A DNA stretch of 64,000 nucleotides from Promethearchaeota archaeon (GCA_019057865.1 JAHLWP010000001.1:178668-242667); one strand, 5' to 3'. Counted from the first letter of the stretch, positions 9,001 to 19,675 are shown. Notes: generated from the letters alone by a model not told the origin. Translations and numbers: made by a program.

Positions 9001-10968
9001 TTAATATAAACTTCTCATTAATCTAAATAATTGCATAACTTCATCTGTCTTAAGAAAATCATGATAGAGATCTTTACCTAGCAATTTAGGATTCTCAATT
9101 TTTATAATTTCTTCTACTTCTAATTTAAGTTTAATTGATGGCATCCAAAAAGTCTTATTTGAATGTTGATATTCAATCATTACCATAAAAGGAAAAATTC
9201 CTTTTTCCTTAGGGACAATTTTTATTTTTAATTTTCTCCTTTCATTTGCTTTTAACTTATTTAAACTTAAAAATTTTAATTTTGATTGAAAAGAGTTAGG
9301 CATAAAGAAATATATCTTTATATTTTTTATATCAGTTAGATTAGGATTTTCGATTATGAGGGTTATAATATCGGGATTATTTACCTTAAAACTATGATTT
9401 TGAATATCAATATCTATAAAAAGGGGATATGGTACATATTCTTCATTTAAAGTAAAGCTCATATCAACAAGTTTTTGAAGATTAGGCTTTAATTTTGAGC
9501 TAAACTGATTTCTCTGTTCTTCAATTGAAAGGATATTCTTACTTCTAAAATCTTCAAAATCTTTTAATAAACGGTTGATGTATTTCGAGATATAATTATC
9601 AAATTCTGTATGTTTACCTGAAATAAATGACATCAATTTTTTATAATATCCAGATTCAAGGTTTCTAAGAAGAGGTTTCTTAAACAGATTATCAATAAAA
9701 TTCTTTAATAATTCATCTAATTTCATTAGATCTTCACGTTCAATTTCAAATTTCTGGATAATTTTATCGTTATAAATATCAATCCGTATAAAATCGCTTA
9801 GTGTATCTAAAACTTCAATTGCTTCTAAGTTATAATTTTCAAACGCTTTACTTATCATATCATCTAATAAATCATCAAATTTTTGAATATTCTTATTTTT
9901 GTAATCGATAAATTCAGTACGATATGATTCTAAATAATCAATTAATTGCCCAGAATGTAATTTTAAGAGCTTCCTTTGATATTTCTGGTATTTTTTTGAA
10001 ACATCATTAATTAAATTTTTAAAATCATGTAGCTTATTAAGATTTTTTTCTGTATTAAAGATTAAATTCTCTTTAAAAGGTTCAATCGAAACAATTGGAT
10101 CGATGACTTTTACCTTTTCTAAAACAAGGCAAGTATCTCTTTCTAATTGATATATTTGTTCAATTTGTGAATATAAATTAAATATCTGAATATTCTTTTC
10201 TTCAATTTGATTTAATTCTTTTAGGAGATCTTTAAGTTTTTCTGAGAAGTATCGAGGATTTTCAGTTAAAACATTTCTTAAAATAATAACAAAATTAACA
10301 AGTACAGAGTATAATTTTTCCTCCTTAGCTAAATTAAAGTTATGGTCCTCAAATTGCGTAATTTTACAATAATCAACAATATTCTGATAACTTCTCTCAG
10401 TAAGTTGATAGTGCTTATGACAGTCTTTTAATCTTATTGATTTTTTAGCTAAATAGCTATAATATAAGCCCAATAATGATTTATTTATTATATATGTAAG
10501 ATCTCTTATTCTTTGAAATTTACTTCTAGTATTTTCCTCTTTAATATAGATTAATAAGTAATTTTCTATTATTATTTCTAAATTACCAGCAGCGCGTATC
10601 AATTTAAATAGTTTTGCTGGATTAATATCAAGATCATTTAACTTTGTTATGATTAAATGTCTATATTCATTAAAATTAAAATTTAACTTCCGAAAATAAG
10701 ACTCAATTAAGGATTTTCTTCTTTCTATTTCATTAGTATTAATTTTTCTCTTATTTTTAATTGATGTGATATTTAAAATTTCTGTTATATAATTCTTGTG
10801 CACGTAGACCGATTCCATATATAAATTATTTGTTTTACAATAAAAACACTGGACAATGGAACCTTTTACAACCGCCAGACCATTTCCACATCGCTTACAC
10901 GGAAGAAATAACACTTTAAATATCACAATTAAAATTGAGTTACTATTCTTAAAATATACATTTGACAA
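9001..10968 (-). CDS. Hypothetical protein: N-terminal Zn finger, long helical region, C-terminal Ig-like beta-sandwich
   Basis: CKRCG...CFYC; helical middle; C-terminal ITLIIENPNLTDIKNIKIYF...LKANERRKLKIKIVPKEKG Ig-like pattern. The start codon is uncertain. Confidence 0.6.
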   Translation of the reverse strand: MSNVYFKNSNSILIVIFKVLFLPCKRCGNGLAVVKGSIVQCFYCKTNNLYMESVYVHKNYITEILNITSIKNKRKINTNEIERRKSLIESYFRKLNFNFNEYRHLIITKLNDLDINPAKLFKLIRAAGNLEIIIENYLLIYIKEENTRSKFQRIRDLTYIINKSLLGLYYSYLAKKSIRLKDCHKHYQLTERSYQNIVDYCKITQFEDHNFNLAKEEKLYSVLVNFVIILRNVLTENPRYFSEKLKDLLKELNQIEEKNIQIFNLYSQIEQIYQLERDTCLVLEKVKVIDPIVSIEPFKENLIFNTEKNLNKLHDFKNLINDVSKKYQKYQRKLLKLHSGQLIDYLESYRTEFIDYKNKNIQKFDDLLDDMISKAFENYNLEAIEVLDTLSDFIRIDIYNDKIIQKFEIEREDLMKLDELLKNFIDNLFKKPLLRNLESGYYKKLMSFISGKHTEFDNYISKYINRLLKDFEDFRSKNILSIEEQRNQFSSKLKPNLQKLVDMSFTLNEEYVPYPLFIDIDIQNHSFKVNNPDIITLIIENPNLTDIKNIKIYFFMPNSFQSKLKFLSLNKLKANERRKLKIKIVPKEKGIFPFMVMIEYQHSNKTFWMPSIKLKLEVEEIIKIENPKLLGKDLYHDFLKTDEVMQLFRLMRSLY

Positions 10969-11052
10969 TCAAATATTAAAATATTTGTATTGAATTTATC
11001 ATATCAAGATATTTTGAAGTATTCCTAAAAAGTAACTTAATATTTTTTAGCT

Positions 11053-12819
11053 CTAATGAGTAAAATAACAAAATAAAGTGTCATTCTCTATTTTTATGGG
11101 ATTTACAAAAGCATATCTTTCGAACTGGATGGGTATATTCATAGGAATTTTTAAGAGATTTATTTCTCCATAACCATGAGATAGAGAACCATCAGGATTA
11201 ATTATAGAAACATTTATATTATCTTCTTTAGGAACCCATTGTATTATAGGAAAGCCCTGTTCTCTGTCCAATTGAGTGCTATAATATTTCGCATTTATAA
11301 TCCTATTATTTAAATCAATTGAATTAATATGTACATTAATTAAATTTTTTAGACGTATTGTATCACCAATTTTGATTTTATCTGCATCTGATTGTGAAAT
11401 ATATAATCCTATTTTATTATTTTTGGAAATAACTTTAATTTTTCTTTTACCTTTATCAGGCTTTGTTGGTAGAAGAAGTGGTTCTGCAGTATATTCTGAG
11501 AAAGGAACGTCGTCAATAAGAATTGAAATAGGATCCTCAACAAAGAAATATCTATTTGAAATCTCATCAATAATATCTTTATTTTTAGCATATAACCAAT
11601 TTACTGAAAAAGTTATCCCTGTTGTAGACATTCCAAGATCCAATAATGTGTCTCTCAATGCTTCCGGTTTAATACCACGCTTTTTTAAAGATTGTAAGCT
11701 CCAAGTTCTTGGATCTTCCCATCCTTGATAAATTCCTTTCTGAATGTTATTTCGTGCTTCGGTTTTACTTAATTTTAAACTAGGGAATTTCATTCTGCCA
11801 TAATAAAGTAATTTGGCTTTTTTCCAACCAAAATGATCCCATATAAACTCTTCAATAATACCTTCTTTTACTAAATCTATCCCTCTAAGAATGTGTGTAG
11901 CACCGATAAGATAGTCATCGATAGACCAACTAAACTCTAACATTGGCCATACTATGTATTTTGTCCCTACTTTAGGATGTTCTGCTTCAGAGATTCTCAT
12001 AATTATTTGATCTCTTAACGCAGGATCTTTTTGATCCATTCCAGTTTTCAATCTTACAACTGCTTCAGTTTCTCTATACTTACCATTTAACATGTTTTGC
12101 CATTCTTGCATGTTTCGTTCTACTGATTGATTTCTATGGGGGCAACTCTTTTTCAACTTTTTATATTTTTCTCTAAATTCACTAGCATCACAGAAACAAA
12201 CATATGCTATCTTATCCTTAATTAATTTTTCACAATATTCATAAAAAACCTCAAGCCTATCGCTTTTATAATAAATCTTATGTATCTTAACTCCTAACCA
12301 TTCAAGTCCTTCTTTTATTAAGTCATAAGCTTCTGGCAATACATATTTTGCCTTAGGGCTATCTCTTAATGATTTAGGACTCCCGATAGTATCATCGTAA
12401 AATAAGATAAGTTCTCCCTTATATTTTTTTACATATTCATCATTTAAAACAACCATTCTAGCATTTCCAATATGCAATGCTCCGCTCGGATATGGTGCTA
12501 AGCGCATTACAACTTTAGAATATTTATCAATTTCAGGTAAATCTGGCAATTCTTTCCTTTCTTCCCTTGATTCTTCTTTATCTAAGGCATGGGGATCCAA
12601 TTTCAATAATTTTCTTTTCTGTTCCTCAAAACTTAGGTTTGAAATTTTCGCTATGATCTCATCTAATATAGGATTAACTTTTTTCACGTGGGATCTAAGT
12701 TCAGTCATTTGAGCCATAAGTTTTCCCATTATAGCTCTTTTATTTGGAATTCCATTAAATTTTAGTGCATTTTTCAAACCTGCAATCCAAAGGATTTTTT
12801 TTATTTCTTCCTCATCCAT
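11053..12819 (-). CDS. gltX: Glutamate--tRNA ligase (archaeal type)
   Basis: MRLAPYPSGALHIGNAR (HIGH motif), KLSKT (KMSKS motif), GWEDPRTW, QFERY. Confidence 0.97.
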   Translation of the reverse strand: MDEEEIKKILWIAGLKNALKFNGIPNKRAIMGKLMAQMTELRSHVKKVNPILDEIIAKISNLSFEEQKRKLLKLDPHALDKEESREERKELPDLPEIDKYSKVVMRLAPYPSGALHIGNARMVVLNDEYVKKYKGELILFYDDTIGSPKSLRDSPKAKYVLPEAYDLIKEGLEWLGVKIHKIYYKSDRLEVFYEYCEKLIKDKIAYVCFCDASEFREKYKKLKKSCPHRNQSVERNMQEWQNMLNGKYRETEAVVRLKTGMDQKDPALRDQIIMRISEAEHPKVGTKYIVWPMLEFSWSIDDYLIGATHILRGIDLVKEGIIEEFIWDHFGWKKAKLLYYGRMKFPSLKLSKTEARNNIQKGIYQGWEDPRTWSLQSLKKRGIKPEALRDTLLDLGMSTTGITFSVNWLYAKNKDIIDEISNRYFFVEDPISILIDDVPFSEYTAEPLLLPTKPDKGKRKIKVISKNNKIGLYISQSDADKIKIGDTIRLKNLINVHINSIDLNNRIINAKYYSTQLDREQGFPIIQWVPKEDNINVSIINPDGSLSHGYGEINLLKIPMNIPIQFERYAFVNPIKIENDTLFCYFTH

Positions 12820-12877
12820 AATAAAGAATCATCATATTTCACTTCATGTACGATTTAACTTTTTACAATTTAACTAT

Positions 12878-14161
12878 TTAAACCTTTCTCTTGCTTAAAT
12901 TTTCAAGAATATCTTTAATTTCATTTGCTCCATTATTAAAAATATTGAATGAAATGAAAGAAGTTTCTTGATGAGCTTTCTTTTTTAGAATTTTTAACTT
13001 TAATTTATATACATTTATAAGATTATCAGAATAATCTGAATCGCTTCCTTTAATTATAACCTCAAGAATATGTAAAGCTAATTGCAATTTCCCTTCTTCA
13101 TAGAGTTTCATTGCATGTTCAAGATATTGTCCTTCAGAATTAATTTTTAGAAATTCTTGTGCTATTTCAGTTGATTTTGCAGGGAATAGATCTGTTGGAT
13201 TTCCAGTATTATACCAACCATGGTAAAGTCTATATACCGCATGGATAGCATATTGATAAGAACCATACACAGGTCTTAAAATGTAATGTTTTTTAAATTT
13301 CTCAGGGTAGATTTCTAACATTTCATGATAAATCTGTTCAAACCATTTTCCTTCATTTAACCTTTTCACTACTTCATCGTGGACAAAATGCATAACCTCT
13401 GCTGTTATGGATAACACGTCTTTGATTCTCTCTTTTCCCTCTATTAAAGGTCCATGACCTGGAACCAAATATTCCGCATCCTTTTCTAACATTTTTTCCA
13501 TTGCTAGAGCCCAGTGTTTCGGATATCGCTGAATCTTATAAGGATTCCCCACATTAGGAAAGCTGGATATCATAAGATCTCCTGTGAAAAGTACCTTTTT
13601 CTCAGGGACAAACATCCATATTGAGTCATCAGTCTCTCCCATATCATGGTAAATTTCAAAAGTTAGATTTCCTAATGTAAAGGTGTAATTTTCATTTCCT
13701 TTTATTATTATAGTTGGCTCAAGAAATTCACGAGTGGATGTAAACCTTCTTTCACGATCATATATAGAGGCAAATTGCATTGAATTTATCCAATTTTGAT
13801 ATTCTTCTAATTCCTTATATCTTTTAAAGCGTTCAATTAATTTTTCATGAGCAATAATTTGAGGTAATTCCCAATTTTTTTCTTTAATTTCCTCTAGAAA
13901 TGGAGGGAAACCAAAGCAGTGATCAAAATGACCATGACTATATACCAAATATTTAATTTGCTTATTTGTTATTGCTCTAAATGCTCTAAATAATCGCTTC
14001 CGAAATTGTCTGGTAGTAATATCAAAAACTACTAAACCCTCATCAGTTTCTACAATACCTACATTACCAAAGGAACCAATCATATGGCAATCTCCATTGG
14101 CAAATGTAACAGGTGGAAACATACCAATGAATTTTTCTATTTCTTTAGAAGTGCTACTCAT
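12878..14161 (-). CDS. Metallo-beta-lactamase fold alkyl/aryl-sulfatase-like hydrolase
   Basis: SHGHFDH, GETDD, FTGD, FPNVGNP, PGHG and GWYNTGNPTDLFP (dimerisation domain). Confidence 0.85.
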   Translation of the reverse strand: MSSTSKEIEKFIGMFPPVTFANGDCHMIGSFGNVGIVETDEGLVVFDITTRQFRKRLFRAFRAITNKQIKYLVYSHGHFDHCFGFPPFLEEIKEKNWELPQIIAHEKLIERFKRYKELEEYQNWINSMQFASIYDRERRFTSTREFLEPTIIIKGNENYTFTLGNLTFEIYHDMGETDDSIWMFVPEKKVLFTGDLMISSFPNVGNPYKIQRYPKHWALAMEKMLEKDAEYLVPGHGPLIEGKERIKDVLSITAEVMHFVHDEVVKRLNEGKWFEQIYHEMLEIYPEKFKKHYILRPVYGSYQYAIHAVYRLYHGWYNTGNPTDLFPAKSTEIAQEFLKINSEGQYLEHAMKLYEEGKLQLALHILEVIIKGSDSDYSDNLINVYKLKLKILKKKAHQETSFISFNIFNNGANEIKDILENLSKRKV

Positions 14162-14262
14162 TATATTATCAATTTCTTAATTTTCTTATGATATTTACTT
14201 AAATTTTAAATAATGAATGATATGCTAAATTTAATTTATTAAAAAAATCTTTTTAAAACATA

Positions 14263-15378
14263 ATGAAAGAAATCTTGATGGCTGAGTACTATAATAAAGT
14301 ATTCGGATCGTGGATAGGTCGTGTTGTAGGAGATTATGTTGGCGCACCAGTAGAACTAAAAAGTGTTAAATATATAAGGCGTAAATATGGAAATATAGCA
14401 AATTATCCGGAACCAATAGATTTGAATTTTGTAAATGATGATGAAATGTATGAAATTGTAGCACTTATTTCATTAGAAAAATATGGAGTTGATCTTAACG
14501 CAAAAAATATTGCTCAAGAATGGGTTAACCTTCTTAGTAATGAAGACTATATTTTTACAGCAGAAAAGATAACATTTAATAATCTTAAGGAAAATATTTT
14601 TCCTCCTAAATAGGGGATTCTTAATAATTTTTATTATGATTTTATCGGAGCACAAATGAGGGCTGATATTTGGGGTCAAATCACTCCAGGATGTCCTAAA
14701 CTTGCAAAGCATTATGCAGAATTAGATGGTTCAATTTCTCACGCAGGTATAGGAATTGAGGGTGAGGTATTTATCGCATCTTTAATCTCACAAGCTTTCT
14801 TTGAAAATGATATTAGAAAAAATATTGAAACCGCTCTTGAATTTATGCCTCCTGAAAATAAGAGCTTATATACTCAAATGATAATAAAAGCGCTTAAATT
14901 ATATGAGCAATATCCAAAAAACTTTAAAAAAGCTAGGAATATCTTAATTAGGAAATATTGGAGGGGAGAAACTACAGATAAATTAATTTCATCTTCTAAA
15001 AATTTCCCAATAGAAAGAAGGATAATGTTGAATAGTTTGATGGCAGGAGTACATGTTCTACCTAACATAGGGATCATTATTTTATCTCTGTTATATGGCG
15101 CTTATGATGATGATCCTTTTGGACGATCTATTTGTATTGCAGCTATGATGGGACTTGATACAGATTGTAATTGTGGTAATATTGGTGCTATTCTCGGAAC
15201 TCAATTTGGTACAGACATCATTCCTTCAAAATGGAAAGCCCCTCTACAAGATACTTTTTCTACATATGTAAAGGGCTATGAAAAATGGAAAATTTCTGAT
15301 TTAGCATTAAGAATAGCTAATATCGGGAAGTTAGTAATAAAAGAAAAGTGTCAAAATTACGTTAAAATTATTGAATGA
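14263..15378 (+). pseudogene. ADP-ribosylglycohydrolase family gene interrupted by one in-frame TAG (14611-14613)
   Basis: ORFs 14263-14613 and 14656-15378 are in the same frame: NIFPPK*GILNNFYYDFIGAQMRADIWG. Motifs GDYVGAPVE, NDDEMYE, SH and GLDTDCNCGNIGAILG are intact. Confidence 0.85.
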
Positions 15379-15416
15379 TTTAGAAATAATATAAAATCAT
15401 TATTAAAGATTTACTC

Positions 15417-16079
15417 TTAATTAATATTCAATAATCTAATAATATCATCTATATTTACAGATCTTAAATCATTCACTATCAAATTCGCATCAAGAAGATC
15501 AACATTGCAGTGTGTAGTTCTTAAAGCAATTACAGGCATATCAGCGCGTTTAGCCGCCTCAATACCCACTGGTGCATCTTCGATTACAATACAATTTTTA
15601 GGATCTAATTTAAGTTGGTGAGCTGCAATTAAAAAAACGTCAGGTTCAGGCTTACCTTTTTCCACCTCAACAGCAGTTATGATAACCTCGAAATTTTGGG
15701 TTAAATTTAAGGTTGTTAACACTAATTCAACATTTTCAGGAGGACCACTTGAACCAATTGCCAATTTAAAGTTTTTATCTTTAAGATCTTTGATCAAATT
15801 TAATACTCCTGGTAATGGTTCTAATTTATCTTTTACCATTTCTCGATAATATTGTTCTTTTAAGCTTGCCCAGTTTTCAACAAAATGTTGTTCAACTTTA
15901 GAACCTACTAACTTTCGAGTAATTGAAACACTTTGTTGACCAAATGTTAAATCAAAGAATTTTTTTGTAAATTTTTTTCTTATTTCATTAGCCATTTTAA
16001 CCCAACTTTTGAAATGAATAGGTCCGGTATCTACTAAAACGCCATCCACATCAAAAATTACGCCATATTCTTGAAACAT
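15417..16079 (-). CDS. HAD family phosphatase (beta-phosphoglucomutase-like)
   Basis: FDVDGVLVDT, GKPEPDVF, IEDAPVGIEAA. Confidence 0.9.
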   Translation of the reverse strand: MFQEYGVIFDVDGVLVDTGPIHFKSWVKMANEIRKKFTKKFFDLTFGQQSVSITRKLVGSKVEQHFVENWASLKEQYYREMVKDKLEPLPGVLNLIKDLKDKNFKLAIGSSGPPENVELVLTTLNLTQNFEVIITAVEVEKGKPEPDVFLIAAHQLKLDPKNCIVIEDAPVGIEAAKRADMPVIALRTTHCNVDLLDANLIVNDLRSVNIDDIIRLLNIN

Positions 16080-16168
16080 AATTTTGACTTTAAAAGATAA
16101 TTAAGTAAGTATTATAGAGAAACAAAATATTTTAACTATTATTCACGTTAAATTATTAAATATCAAAT

Positions 16169-16292
16169 AGCCCAGTGGTCTAGTTGGATAGGACGCTGGC
16201 TTGCGGACTTGATTTATTGGCAAAAAGCCAGTGATCAGGGGTTCAATCTTCTAAAAAAATACTTTTAGATGGAACAAATCCCCTCTGGGCTA
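16169..16292 (+). tRNA. tRNA-Arg(GCG) with two introns (37/38: 16207-16225; 58/59: 16247-16277)
   Basis: Acceptor stem AGCCCAG/CTGGGCT+A; D arm GTCT/GGAC; anticodon stem CTGGC/GCCAG with loop TT-GCG-G|A; T arm AGGGG-TTCAA|AT-CCCCT. BHB helices TTGC/GCAA and GTTC/GAAC. Confidence 0.9.
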
Positions 16293-16419
16293 TATTTTCT
16301 CATTGTTTCTTAATATTTATATAAATCAATCAAAGATGTATTTTTTAATTTCAATTTGGTTTTTATTTTTTTTATTTAAATAGATCTATTTTAAATAGTT
16401 ATTAATACTCATAACTAAT

Positions 16420-18189
16420 TTGAAAATAATAAATATGATAAAAATTAATGGTAATTTAAGAAAAGGAATCGCATTTCTAATACTTTTCTTCGGGGCTTTA
16501 ACTATATTTATTTATACTAAAGTAGATTTAGTAAATAAATTCCTAATTTACATATTTTCTCTAATTTCAATACTTTTCTTAATAAGCGAACTAATAATTA
16601 AGAAAATTAATATTAATTCAGAAGAGAGTGAAGATATAATAAGAAATGGAAAATATAAACACATAGAAATAGGTGGAAATAATAATTTAGAAACTTATAT
16701 GATAAAAATAATAAAAAGGTATCAATTGATAAAAGAAATTGGTTATTATAAAAAAGAAGTAGCGACGAAAAGTCCGCTAGATAATACTAAAACATTAATG
16801 GAAAACTTTAGAAATTCTAAAATTCAAAATGTTAATAGTACCAAAATTAATAATCATTTGACAGGATTAAGTTGGAAGAAAGTTCTCCTTTTAACTGAGT
16901 TGATTGGAATAATTTTAGGTGACGGTCATATCTCTTTTGATGAAAAAAAGAGAAATTATCTCTGCGAAATTTCTTTTAATTCTACTGAACCTGATTATGT
17001 ATATTATGTTAAAGACCTAATAAAATCATTTTTTGATATAGAACCTACAATTAGAGAAAGAGATGAGGATAATACTACATTAATTAGAATTTATAAAAAA
17101 GAGATAATTCGTTTTTTAATTAATTTGGGATTAAAACCAGGAAATAAAGTTTTAAATCAAGTAGATATTCCTTATTGGATTAAAAGAGATTTAAATTGGA
17201 TTAAAAATAATCGAAATGAATGGGAAACCATATATAAACATCTTACTGTAGCTTGCATAAGAGGACTTGTTGATACAGATGGCTCTATTTATTTAAATTG
17301 GAATAAGAAGAAGAATTATTTAGCTATAGGGATTAAATTTACCAATGCTTCGAAACCTCTTGTTCTTGATTTTAAGAATTTATGTAAATGTTTAGATATC
17401 AGTTTCTCGAAAATTAGTACTTATATTGGTAAAACCAAAAATGGTTCTGATTATACTGGTTATTCTACGAATACTGAAGCGAAAAATAATGTTTATAATT
17501 TTATTTTTAAGAGTATAAAACCTTTTAAATGGACAATTAAAAAATCATTAATTCAAGAAAGACTCGCCGAAATCGGAATGGATATTAAGGATGTTCTTAG
17601 GTATGAAAGACCTCGTAGGGATTATAAGAAGGGACGTGCAATATACTTAAAGACGTTATTTGAAAGTTTAGGAACTCTTAATGGAGTCCGAGAATATTTA
17701 ATAAAGAAAGGTGAATCTCCGATGAAGAAAGAAACTATATCCAAATATATCCAAAAGTTAATTCAAGATCGAGGTAAAAACTATGAAAATTGGATAAGCC
17801 TTAATTCTGCTATAAAAATCGATGATAGAGTTGTAGGAGGGATAAGGATACCTTTAAATGTTAAGAAAATTGTCTGCCATTTCATCTTTAATGTTTTATT
17901 AGAGAATTGTATTGATATAAGTATGAATAAAATTATTGATCATCTACGTTATTTTGTTAAAGTTTCAAATTTAGATAGAATAAGCTATTTATTAGAATAT
18001 ACTCATACAAAAAATTTAATTCTGAATTTTTTTAAAACCTCTACTTATTTTATAATTTATATAATCGATCATAAGATTGACAGACATTCTCCAACAAAAA
18101 TAAGAAGAAACATAAAAAAATTAGATAATGTTGACATACCATATCACGATTCTCAAATTAAAGAGATAATAAAGAATTTATTTGATTGA
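16420..18189 (+). CDS. Free-standing LAGLIDADG (homing endonuclease-like) protein with hydrophobic N-terminus and C-terminal extension
   Basis: Two LAGLIDADG helices, ELIGIILGDGHI and CIRGLVDTDGSI, followed by IKFTNAS. No intein Cys/His-Asn ends are visible. Confidence 0.85.
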   Translation: MKIINMIKINGNLRKGIAFLILFFGALTIFIYTKVDLVNKFLIYIFSLISILFLISELIIKKININSEESEDIIRNGKYKHIEIGGNNNLETYMIKIIKRYQLIKEIGYYKKEVATKSPLDNTKTLMENFRNSKIQNVNSTKINNHLTGLSWKKVLLLTELIGIILGDGHISFDEKKRNYLCEISFNSTEPDYVYYVKDLIKSFFDIEPTIRERDEDNTTLIRIYKKEIIRFLINLGLKPGNKVLNQVDIPYWIKRDLNWIKNNRNEWETIYKHLTVACIRGLVDTDGSIYLNWNKKKNYLAIGIKFTNASKPLVLDFKNLCKCLDISFSKISTYIGKTKNGSDYTGYSTNTEAKNNVYNFIFKSIKPFKWTIKKSLIQERLAEIGMDIKDVLRYERPRRDYKKGRAIYLKTLFESLGTLNGVREYLIKKGESPMKKETISKYIQKLIQDRGKNYENWISLNSAIKIDDRVVGGIRIPLNVKKIVCHFIFNVLLENCIDISMNKIIDHLRYFVKVSNLDRISYLLEYTHTKNLILNFFKTSTYFIIYIIDHKIDRHSPTKIRRNIKKLDNVDIPYHDSQIKEIIKNLFD

Positions 18190-18242
18190 GAGTAAACTTT
18201 TTAATTTTTTATTTAACTCTTCAAATATATTTGCTTTTTGTT

Positions 18243-19013
18243 TTAGTCAATTAAATTTAATATATCTGATACATCCTTCACTTTTATATAATTAGGAACG
18301 TCAATGTCCTTTTCAAACGGGAATTTATAAATCCTATCTAATAAAATAGCTTTTAAATTTGCTCTATAAGCTCCTATAATATCAACATATTCATCTCCAC
18401 ACATTATAACAGAATTTGCATGAGATTCTAAACCCATTTTTTTAAGTGTATAAAAAAAAATATTAGGATCAGGTTTTCTTTTCCCAAATTTAGCAGAGGT
18501 AACAACAACATCAAAAAGTTGTAATAATTCATGTTTCTTTAACATATTTTCAATTGTTTTATGATTTGGATGATTAGAGATTAATGCGATTTTTAAATTT
18601 TTTAAGACTAATTTCTCTAATGTATCTCTTGTGTTTTCGAAAGGAATCCATTCATCTTCTTCGCATGAATGATATATATTTGCTAACTCCATATAGAATT
18701 CATCATTTAATTCTACCAAATCATTTATGGTATTTTTATCTACCATTATATCTAATACATTTTGAAAGATTTGAGATGTAGGAATTTCTAATTTTGTTTT
18801 GATACTTTTCTTAAAAGAGGAAGCTCTTTTTCTATTAAAAATTTTAATAAAATCTTCAATTGCTATTTTTTCTTTCAATACTTTATGTTTTTTTAATAAG
18901 TCAATAGAGCTTAATAACCCTGTCTTAAAACATTCAAAGTATTTATCAATAGAAGGTTCATCAAAATAAAATAATGTGAAGCCAAAATCAAAAATTACTC
19001 CTTTAACCTTCAT
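18243..19013 (-). CDS. HAD family hydrolase
   Basis: IFDFGFTL, LISN, RKPDPNIF, GDEYVDIIGA. Confidence 0.9.
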   Translation of the reverse strand: MKVKGVIFDFGFTLFYFDEPSIDKYFECFKTGLLSSIDLLKKHKVLKEKIAIEDFIKIFNRKRASSFKKSIKTKLEIPTSQIFQNVLDIMVDKNTINDLVELNDEFYMELANIYHSCEEDEWIPFENTRDTLEKLVLKNLKIALISNHPNHKTIENMLKKHELLQLFDVVVTSAKFGKRKPDPNIFFYTLKKMGLESHANSVIMCGDEYVDIIGAYRANLKAILLDRIYKFPFEKDIDVPNYIKVKDVSDILNLID

Positions 19014-19150
19014 AATATAAATTATAATAATGTAAATCGAATTTTAATTTATCTCTAAATATGAATTATTAGAATTTTTAACAGTCTATATTAATTTATT
19101 AATAAATAATAAATTTTTATCGAAAGAACTTACTATTTTATTGAAGTAAT

Positions 19151-19675
19151 ATGTCAATCGATAAATGGCTTTCTGATAAAGATTCAAAAGAAGAAGAACT
19201 CAGAAGGGAAAAATTATTTAAAACACTTCCTCAAGAAAAAGTTCAAGAATTAAAGAAAAGAAAAATTAGAGATTTAACTGAAAAGGAGAAGCTAAAGGCT
19301 GATCTAAATACAAAAAAAGAAGACTTTTTAAGTAATATTCTTGAATTTAAGGATTGGTTAAATCAGAGGAATTATCTAAAAGGAGATTTGGATAAAATTG
19401 AAACTTGGGTAATAAATTTGTATAAAACAGTCGAATTTGAACAAGAATCAAGATTATCTCTAATAAGTGATAGAAAGCAATTGATCGATAAATATAAGAG
19501 AATCCCTCCTAAATTTTTAGATGAAAAAACCAGAGTTGCTATAAATAAGAAATTATACAATTCTAAAAAAACTAGTTCAGATTATTATATCTTAAGAAAA
19601 CTAAAAGAAACAGTAAATGAAAAGTTGAAAGAAGCTGAATATTATCATATCCTCAGAATAATTTTGGAAATATGA
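19151..19675 (+). CDS. Hypothetical helical protein
   Basis: 174-aa ORF with host-like codon usage and no recognisable motif. Confidence 0.6.
   Translation: MSIDKWLSDKDSKEEELRREKLFKTLPQEKVQELKKRKIRDLTEKEKLKADLNTKKEDFLSNILEFKDWLNQRNYLKGDLDKIETWVINLYKTVEFEQESRLSLISDRKQLIDKYKRIPPKFLDEKTRVAINKKLYNSKKTSSDYYILRKLKETVNEKLKEAEYYHILRIILEI

Noticed and set aside
16420-18189. Intein or group I intron host for the LAGLIDADG ORF
   Set aside because: There are no intein splice-junction residues and no interrupted host gene or rRNA around it.
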